64,000 nt of DNA from NCBI GenBank assembly GCA_009784235.1, contig WRCC01000003.1, forward strand, positions 72,984 to 136,983, read 5' to 3'. Below the pieces are notes generated by a model that had not been told where the DNA came from, ran no database searches, and saw only the letters and a list, made by a program, of their open reading frames with translations. Of this stretch, positions 57,704-64,000 are shown piece by piece. Both the position numbers and the translations under genes were made by a program. This DNA is from Alphaproteobacteria bacterium. Its GTDB lineage: Bacteria > Pseudomonadota > Alphaproteobacteria > Rs-D84. The stretch's first letter is position 1. Every line of letters begins with the position of its first letter.

Positions 57704-59018
57704 ACAAACCATCATCGATATATCAAAAAAACGTGGTGAACCAGCGTGGTTGCTGGACTGGCGTCTGGCCGCGTTCGATGCGTGGAAAAAAATGGATGAA
57801 CCGCATTGGGCAGAAATAGATTACGAGCCGATTGATTACAACGCGCTGAATTATTACAAAGAGCCTACCGAAAACGTCCGCGACAATTCCGATCTGAAAA
57901 AAATATATGAAAAAATGAATCTGCCCGACGCGGAACAACGCGCATTGCTGGGCATGGCAACGGATACTGTCATAGACAGTCGCAGCGTGCATACTTCGTA
58001 TTCCGCGGAACTTTCAAAATTGGGCATTATATTTATGCCGTTTTCCGAAGCAGTCGAAAAACATCCTGATATAATAAAAAAATATTTGGGCACGATTGTA
58101 CCAGCGACGGATAATTTTTTCGCATGCTTGAACGCCGCAGTATTTTCAGATGGAACATTTGTTTATATTCCGCCGAATACTAAATGCCCGATCGATTTGG
58201 CAAGCTATTTCAGAATCGAAACTGCACATATCGGCCAATTTGAAAGAACATTAATTATAGCAGACACAGGCAGCGAACTTTCATACCTGGAAGGGTGCAG
58301 CGCGCCACGCCGTCCAAATCATCAATTGCACAGCGGCGTTATCGAAGTCATTGCGATGGACGGCGCGACCGTAAAATATGCAACAGTTCAAAATTGGTAT
58401 GCGGGTGACAAAGACGGTGGTGGCATAATAAACTTTGTCACAAAACGCGGACGATGCGATGCAAATGCAAAATTACTATGGACCCAGATTGAAATCGGTT
58501 CCGCGATGACATGGAAATATCCGTCGTCCGTGCTGACCGGCACAAACGCGCATTCTGATTTTTATTCGCTGGCCATCACGCGCGGCGGACAAATGGCAGA
58601 CACCGGCACAAAAATGATTCATATAGGAAACGATACTACATCCAACATAGTATCATACGGTGTCGCAATGGAAGAATCACGCCAGACTTTCCGTTCGCTG
58701 ACATCATTCGCGCGCGATACGCGCGGTGCGAAAAGTGCACAAAAATGCGACAGCCGTATAATAGGTGACCGTGCAGTCGTAAATACTTTCCCGACAATTA
58801 TTCATGGCAACGGCGAAAACGACCAAAGCCACGAAGCTGCGACGGGCGCGGTTGACGCGACCGCCCTGGCATACCTGGCCACTGCGGGAATCCCAGTGGA
58901 CGAAGCAACCGCGTTGATTATCGGCGGCATGGCTGCGCCGGTTCTGCGCCGATTGCCGATGGAATTTCTAGTCGAATCAAAACAGCTGATACAATTGGCA
59001 TTAAGTAATGGTGATTAA
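57687..59018 (+). CDS. sufB: Fe-S cluster assembly scaffold SufB
   Basis: 443 aa; FERTLIIADTGSELSYLEGCSAPRRP (SufB EGC.AP motif); beta-helix-like C-terminal half. Confidence 0.82.
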   Translation: MPMLTEQTIIDISKKRGEPAWLLDWRLAAFDAWKKMDEPHWAEIDYEPIDYNALNYYKEPTENVRDNSDLKKIYEKMNLPDAEQRALLGMATDTVIDSRSVHTSYSAELSKLGIIFMPFSEAVEKHPDIIKKYLGTIVPATDNFFACLNAAVFSDGTFVYIPPNTKCPIDLASYFRIETAHIGQFERTLIIADTGSELSYLEGCSAPRRPNHQLHSGVIEVIAMDGATVKYATVQNWYAGDKDGGGIINFVTKRGRCDANAKLLWTQIEIGSAMTWKYPSSVLTGTNAHSDFYSLAITRGGQMADTGTKMIHIGNDTTSNIVSYGVAMEESRQTFRSLTSFARDTRGAKSAQKCDSRIIGDRAVVNTFPTIIHGNGENDQSHEAATGAVDATALAYLATAGIPVDEATALIIGGMAAPVLRRLPMEFLVESKQLIQLALSNGD

Positions 59019-59019
59019 A

Positions 59020-59685
59020 ATGTTATCAATTAAAAATCTTTCCGTATCACACAATGACAAACAGTTATTGCATGATATTAATCTGGATGTGCCGACGGGT
59101 AGCCGATTGCTGGTGCGCGGCGCGAACGGTTCCGGTAAAACCACGCTGGTTAATACAATCGCGGGCGCGGCGGATTATAAGATTGAAAGTGGCAAAGTCA
59201 CATTTAATAAAAAAGACATTACAAAATTGGATACCGCTGCGCGCGCGCGTCTGGGTATATTTATTGGCGCGCAACATGTTCCGGAAATTCGGGGCCTGAC
59301 CGTGACCAGTTTTATGAAACATTCATTAATGGCGCATAACCCGGATTTGACGGCGGGCGATTTTTTCAAAAAATTGACCGCTGCACGCGAACAATTGGAT
59401 ATCCCGGAATCATGGATGGCGCGCAGTATTAACGTCGGATTTTCTGGCGGCGAAAAAAAACGGCTGATGTTTTTGCATTTGTTATTATTGCGTCCTGCGT
59501 TTGCCATTCTGGATGAACCTGATTCTGGCGCAGACGCAGACGCACAAAAAATGTTTGCAGATATAATAAAAGAAATGAACGAATACGGAACAACGTTTTT
59601 AATAATTTCCCACCAGGAAAAATTCACCGAAATGTTTGCACCGACCGCGATTACGACTTTGTCAGATGGTCGTATTATGATATAA
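59020..59685 (+). CDS. sufC: Fe-S cluster assembly ATPase SufC. The start MLSIKNLSVS is at the ATG at 59020; the ORF track's 59008 overlaps sufB.
   Basis: N-terminus MLSIKNL..., Walker A GANGSGKTTL, signature FSGGEKKR, Walker B ILDEPDSG. Confidence 0.9.
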   Translation: MLSIKNLSVSHNDKQLLHDINLDVPTGSRLLVRGANGSGKTTLVNTIAGAADYKIESGKVTFNKKDITKLDTAARARLGIFIGAQHVPEIRGLTVTSFMKHSLMAHNPDLTAGDFFKKLTAAREQLDIPESWMARSINVGFSGGEKKRLMFLHLLLLRPAFAILDEPDSGADADAQKMFADIIKEMNEYGTTFLIISHQEKFTEMFAPTAITTLSDGRIMI

Positions 59686-59713
59686 TGTGCGCAATCAAAC
59701 GAAAGGATTCGAT

Positions 59714-60712
59714 ATGCCAACAGCCAAAAAAACAAAAACTGCGAAACCGGTCGCGACCACAAAAATAACTGCGCCCGTGCAAACTTTATCAACATGGCTG
59801 TTGCGCGCGCCGATAAAATTTTCGCTGTTGTTCGTTGGATTAATGGTGACATTCATTGTCGCTGTGACCATTATTGCCAGCATGTTCGCCGGCGCACCCG
59901 ACGCCGTTCCGACATTTTTGGAATTAATTATTTCTGGGGTAATGCTGGTCATACCGGCGTATGCGTTTTATAAATTAGTACGGTGGTCACCAGCAAACCC
60001 GATGGACCGGCGCAGCTTTGTCGCATTGTCAATCATTGTCACCGCGGCATCATTGTTATTCACGCTTTGTATTGCCGGCATGGGTTGGTTGGGCATCGTT
60101 CCGCAATTCTGGATGGTGTATTTAATGTATATGTCGCCATGGTTGTTCTTTGCCGGATTGTTGATATTCGCATTGGCCATGATGTATTTGCTGGGCCTGT
60201 ATGTTGCCGCGCGTTATGTCGCCGCATATTGGCGCGCACGTAAAATGGGCATGTCTAAATGGAAATTTATATTGGCATTTCCGTTTGGCTGGGCATTACT
60301 GCTATATCCGTTTATGTTCTTGCCCGAAGAAATTAAAACTTCGCAAGTATTATCCATCAAGACAAATTGGTTATCACGCATCACCGAATGGACGGTTGCA
60401 AAAACATCAAACGCCGTAATACTGCTTATCATTTTGCCAATTGCGATGATTGCGATATTGTTACCGGCCGCCGCGATTGAATCAACGTCTATATCATTGA
60501 TTCCGATTGCGATATTCTTTGGTCTGTGGGCAATATATGGAACCAAAAAAATGAACAAGTCTATGTCCGGATGGTTCGCGAACATGACGGTTATTTTGAA
60601 TGTATTGGCTATCGCCACAGTTGCTTGCTTTATGTGGTTCAGCGCGCCAAAAGTATCTGCGCCGACCATGCCAGTATTTGATATCGAACAAATTGAAATA
60701 ACAGAACAATAA
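59714..60712 (+). CDS. Polytopic membrane protein of unknown function (at least 8 predicted TM helices)
   Basis: GAAAGGA ribosome-binding site before the ATG at 59714. Hydrophobic throughout. It is not a recognisable SufD or SufS. Confidence 0.45.
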   Translation: MPTAKKTKTAKPVATTKITAPVQTLSTWLLRAPIKFSLLFVGLMVTFIVAVTIIASMFAGAPDAVPTFLELIISGVMLVIPAYAFYKLVRWSPANPMDRRSFVALSIIVTAASLLFTLCIAGMGWLGIVPQFWMVYLMYMSPWLFFAGLLIFALAMMYLLGLYVAARYVAAYWRARKMGMSKWKFILAFPFGWALLLYPFMFLPEEIKTSQVLSIKTNWLSRITEWTVAKTSNAVILLIILPIAMIAILLPAAAIESTSISLIPIAIFFGLWAIYGTKKMNKSMSGWFANMTVILNVLAIATVACFMWFSAPKVSAPTMPVFDIEQIEITEQ

Positions 60713-60713
60713 A

Positions 60714-61721
60714 ATGAACGGCATAATAATATTTATCGGGCTTATATTTATCCTGTTTATCGGACGGGCGCTTTTCACGCCGCTGATATTATCTTTGTTT
60801 ATATGGTATTTGATAAACTCTGTGGCAGCATATTATCGCAAGGTTATGCCATGGCGGGAATCATGGGGCGCCGGCGCGGCGTCATTCGCATTGGCCATTG
60901 CGTCAATTGGGTGGTTTGTCTATGTATTTATTATGCAGATTCGTCCGATGTTTGTCGTTCTGGCGACGCGCCTGCCCGAAATCCAGCACCGGCTTTATGA
61001 TTCAATCGCGCATCTGGCCGGTCAATTCGGCATTGAATTAAGTATTTCTGCAATTCCAAATATCGGCAGTTTGGCTGCAAACATCGGCATGTCTGCAGCC
61101 GGATGGTTGGCGACGCTTGGACTGGTTTTAGTCTATATATTCTTTATGTTTATTGAACAAAGCACGTTCCAGAAAAAAATAGCCGCGGTATTTCCGGATA
61201 AAAAGCGGTCGAAAAAAATAAACTTCATCGTGAAATCCATCGCCGCGAATATGAAAAAATATATGTTTATGAAGACGGCTGTATCGGTCGCAACCGCCCT
61301 GCTTTCATATGCTTGGATGAAGTACTTTGGATTGGAATTCGCAGGCGTTTGGGCGTTTATCATATTCATATTAAATTATATTCCAACGTTCGGAACGATT
61401 ATCGCGACGTCTTTGCCAATCATTTATGCGATGCTGGTCGCACCGATGCTGGTGATACCAATTGCTGCGGGATTAATCACAGTCCAACTTGTATTGTCCA
61501 ATTTGCTGGAACCACGATTGACTGGGCAAACCCTTAACCTATCGACACTTGCGATACTTATCAACCTGGTGTTCTGGGGAATGTTATGGGGACCGGTTGG
61601 AATGTTCTTTTCAGTGCCGCTGTTGGTGGCGACATTCGTGATTACATCACAGTTCGACCGGACGCGATGGATTGCCGTATTGCTTTCATCCAACGGCCAG
61701 ATTCCAGAAAAAAAGGGATAA
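60714..61721 (+). CDS. AI-2E family (PerM/YhhT, UPF0118) transporter
   Basis: LNYIPTFGTIIA...LEPRLTGQTLNLS...WGMLWGPVGMFFSVPL are conserved AI-2E motifs. Confidence 0.75.
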   Translation: MNGIIIFIGLIFILFIGRALFTPLILSLFIWYLINSVAAYYRKVMPWRESWGAGAASFALAIASIGWFVYVFIMQIRPMFVVLATRLPEIQHRLYDSIAHLAGQFGIELSISAIPNIGSLAANIGMSAAGWLATLGLVLVYIFFMFIEQSTFQKKIAAVFPDKKRSKKINFIVKSIAANMKKYMFMKTAVSVATALLSYAWMKYFGLEFAGVWAFIIFILNYIPTFGTIIATSLPIIYAMLVAPMLVIPIAAGLITVQLVLSNLLEPRLTGQTLNLSTLAILINLVFWGMLWGPVGMFFSVPLLVATFVITSQFDRTRWIAVLLSSNGQIPEKKG

Positions 61722-61724
61722 TAA

Positions 61725-61749
61725 AAATGCGACTATTTGGTCGCATTTT
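61725..61749. terminator. Bidirectional terminator hairpin between the AI-2E gene and dnaJ
   Basis: aaaaatgcgactatttggtcgcatttttt. Confidence 0.7.
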
Positions 61750-62913
61750 TTAAAACAATCCGCGTTTCTTTTTTGGCGCAGTGCCAGCAAATTCAGCCAG
61801 CGCAGCTTTTTGTTTTTCAGATAATTTCTTTGGAACTTCGGTCGCGATGTCCAGATACAAATCGCCGCGGCCATTGCCCGACGGCATCCCCAATCCGCGC
61901 ATTCGCATGCGTTCGCCAACCTGGGTTCCCGCGGGAATTTTTACATCCACTTTTTTATCATCAATTATTTCAACGTCAATATTTCCGCCCAGCGCAAGTG
62001 TCGCGAACGGCACCGTCGCACGCATCAACAGATCCGCGCCGTCACGCGTAAATACTTTATCCGGTCGCACGTGAATATCGACATAGAAATCGCCTGCGGG
62101 CCCGCCCAGCATTCCGGCTTCACCCATGCCGGCCATACGCAAACGCATTCCGTCCATTGCACCCGCGGGAATTTTAACTTCGATTTCTCGTTGCTGTTCG
62201 CTGACCCCCATGCCGTCGCATTTAGCGCAACGCTTTTTTATATTGCGGCCGATACCGCTGCATTCATGGCACGGACTTTCCGTTGCAAAGAATCCATTGC
62301 GCGTGCGAACATATCCGGACCCGCCGCAAGTATTACATATCGGCGCGGATTTCGCATCCGCCGTGCCGTGTCCCGCGCATGGTTCGCATTTAACATTTGT
62401 TGTAAATTTTATTGTCTCAAGTTTTCCGAAAAAAGCATCACGCAAAGAAATTGATACTTGGTGCAGCATATCGCGACCGCGGAATTCTTGCGGTTCCGCC
62501 GCCCGACGACCCGCACCGCTGCGGCCACGTCCACCCATATTTATGCCCGCGCCACGCAGCATTTCTTCCATCATTTCGGACATATCGAGTCCATCGCCGC
62601 CGAAATTAAATTCAAACCCGCCCGCGCCGAATGGATTGCCGCCCATGCCGCCAAAAGGATTTCCGCCCGCACCGGCCGATGCGCCGTTTCCGCCCGCGAA
62701 CGCGGCATCGCCAAATCGGTCGTAAGCCGCCCTTTTTTGCGGGTCTTTCAAGATATCAAACGCATTGTTGATTTCTTTGAATTTTTCTTCGGACGCCGCG
62801 TTGCCGGCGTTTTTATCTGGATGATGCTGCATCACCAATTTGTGATATGCTTTTTTTATTTCCGCATCGGTCGCGCCGCGTGCCACGCCCAAAATTTCGT
62901 ATGGATTCGCCAT
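61750..62913 (-). CDS. dnaJ: Molecular chaperone DnaJ. No dnaK lies upstream within the window.
   Basis: J-domain (HPD), a G/F-rich region, and a four-CxxCxGxG zinc finger. Confidence 0.95.
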   Translation of the reverse strand: MANPYEILGVARGATDAEIKKAYHKLVMQHHPDKNAGNAASEEKFKEINNAFDILKDPQKRAAYDRFGDAAFAGGNGASAGAGGNPFGGMGGNPFGAGGFEFNFGGDGLDMSEMMEEMLRGAGINMGGRGRSGAGRRAAEPQEFRGRDMLHQVSISLRDAFFGKLETIKFTTNVKCEPCAGHGTADAKSAPICNTCGGSGYVRTRNGFFATESPCHECSGIGRNIKKRCAKCDGMGVSEQQREIEVKIPAGAMDGMRLRMAGMGEAGMLGGPAGDFYVDIHVRPDKVFTRDGADLLMRATVPFATLALGGNIDVEIIDDKKVDVKIPAGTQVGERMRMRGLGMPSGNGRGDLYLDIATEVPKKLSEKQKAALAEFAGTAPKKKRGLF

Positions 62914-63161
62914 GATTAAAATTCCTTTGACCTAATATAATAAAATACCAGCAAGAATCAAGCCCGGACAAAAACAAGAATTCATTCCTGTGCCGACGCA
63001 TTAATTAATATGGCAAAATAACGCGAAAATACCAAAGGAAGTCGCTGTGTCAGACAAAAAGACAGATAAAAAACCAAAATCCCCACCACCAAAAAACATT
63101 GACTTTCTGGAATTGATGCACTTGGCGGAAATATTTACGATTTCACAAAAATAAAAGCCGG

Positions 63162-63515
63162 TCAAACGACCGACTTTTTATTTTTTCTTTCGCTTACCTG
63201 CTTTGAAAATTCCGTATCAAATCTTTTACGGCATTCTTGTCTGAAGCTTTCTATTTTGCAATAGCCATCAGTATGATGATGACCTTTGCAAAAATTTTTA
63301 TATAAGTCCGAATTATAAAAAAACCGCGGGGATATAGAATATCCGGCCACAATAATATTGTTGTTTTCCATTGCAACTTCACGTGGACATGGATTCCGTT
63401 TTATGCGCATAACATTACCTTTTATTTTTGTCTGGAAAATTCTGCTTGAAACGTATTCCAGCAGAAATCCTTGTATCCGGGACGCTGGCAATCTGTATGA
63501 TTGCCGTCGCGGCAA
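63162..63515 (-). CDS. Hypothetical small Cys/His-rich protein; the start is uncertain (possibly MENNNIIVAG...)
   Basis: The ORF is open but I recognised no domain. It carries a CKGHHHTDGYCKIESFRQEC motif. Confidence 0.25.
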   Translation of the reverse strand: MPRRQSYRLPASRIQGFLLEYVSSRIFQTKIKGNVMRIKRNPCPREVAMENNNIIVAGYSISPRFFYNSDLYKNFCKGHHHTDGYCKIESFRQECRKRFDTEFSKQVSERKNKKSVV

Positions 63516-64000
63516 GTATTCCGGGCAAAATCTGATGCAATGAAAACCGATAGTGATATTATCGCATCATTGGAAATCTTGATTTTTCCAGTTGATGCTT
63601 CGCGCCGCGGACATTCTGCTGTGTTTGGATTTGGGGTATTTTTCATTTTATCTTACTTGCCCTTCGCGTATTTGCCAACAAGTCCCTTTGTCTTGTTGAA
63701 ATCTGCAATTTTCTATGGCGGCGCCAGCGACAAGGCCATGCTGGCAACGCGTCGAATACAGGTACAAGCCAGTCGCATTCCCAGATTGCAATGGCTGTCC
63801 GCCGTGCATAACCGGGCAATATAATTGTTGGAATGATTTTTCCACTTTTGTTTGAATCGACATAATGAATCCTTTTGTTTTCGGAACACATTATATTGAT
63901 TTTTAATGTTTTGTCAACTGGTTTTAAGGAAAATTAACTAAATGTGCGCACAACGAAACGCTATGCTTGCATTTTACACAATCTTTCTTTATATTGTCCC

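Noticed and set aside
63036-63143. 35-aa GTG-initiated plus-strand ORF with an AGGAAG ribosome-binding site upstream of dnaJ
   Set aside because: It is too short and low-complexity (Lys/Pro-rich) to support without conservation evidence. It is noted only as a possible small peptide or leader.
1-64000. CRISPR arrays, rRNA or tRNA genes, prophage or IS elements
   Set aside because: There are no regularly spaced direct repeats with unique spacers. No rRNA-like conserved stretches or tRNA motifs were seen. I recognised no transposase or phage structural genes.

Overview
This window reads as a chromosomal region of a diderm (Gram-negative-type) bacterium with moderate GC. I cannot assign it to a taxon from sequence alone. 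The Gram-negative call rests on Lnt, TolB, a secretin, autotransporters and beta-barrel proteins ending in Phe.

Most of the window is core, tightly packed housekeeping DNA:
- The first 7 kb (minus strand) is the classic str/S10 block, rpsL-rpsG-fusA-tuf-rpsJ-rplC-rplD-rplW-rplB, running off the left edge.
- Further core genes follow: mltG, fabF, acpP, lepA, rbfA, ftsEX, plsC, tolB, efp, a ybeY-lnt fused ORF, ftsK, tatA, ppa, dnaN, cdaA (diadenylate cyclase), rluA, uvrC, pgsA, dnaA, dprA, plsY, rpsT, pgi, sufBC and dnaJ.

Interspersed are surface and envelope genes:
- An array of paralogous beta-barrel outer-membrane proteins, one with a LysM domain.
- A YadA-like trimeric autotransporter carrying a 306-bp tandem repeat.
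- A roughly 1480-aa Pmp-repeat autotransporter.
- A type IV pilin.
- An orphan PilL(TcpQ-domain)/PilN (lipoprotein secretin) pair.

Three families of short dispersed intergenic palindromic repeats recur through the window. I saw no tRNA, rRNA or CRISPR array.

The most unusual loci are:
- A four-gene cassette at 27.0-29.2 kb: a membrane-tethered nuclease-like protein, two small proteins (one SUKH-like) and an RHH protein. It looks like a toxin/immunity or defence-type module.
- A catalytically truncated P4-type integrase homolog translationally coupled to lepA.
- A ybeY-lnt in-frame fusion.
- In-frame heptanucleotide microsatellites inside uvrC.
- cdaA coupled to an AsmA-like gene instead of cdaR.
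- tolB followed by a secreted SNase-like nuclease instead of pal.

All functional calls come from reading the translated ORFs against remembered family motifs. Nothing was searched against a database.
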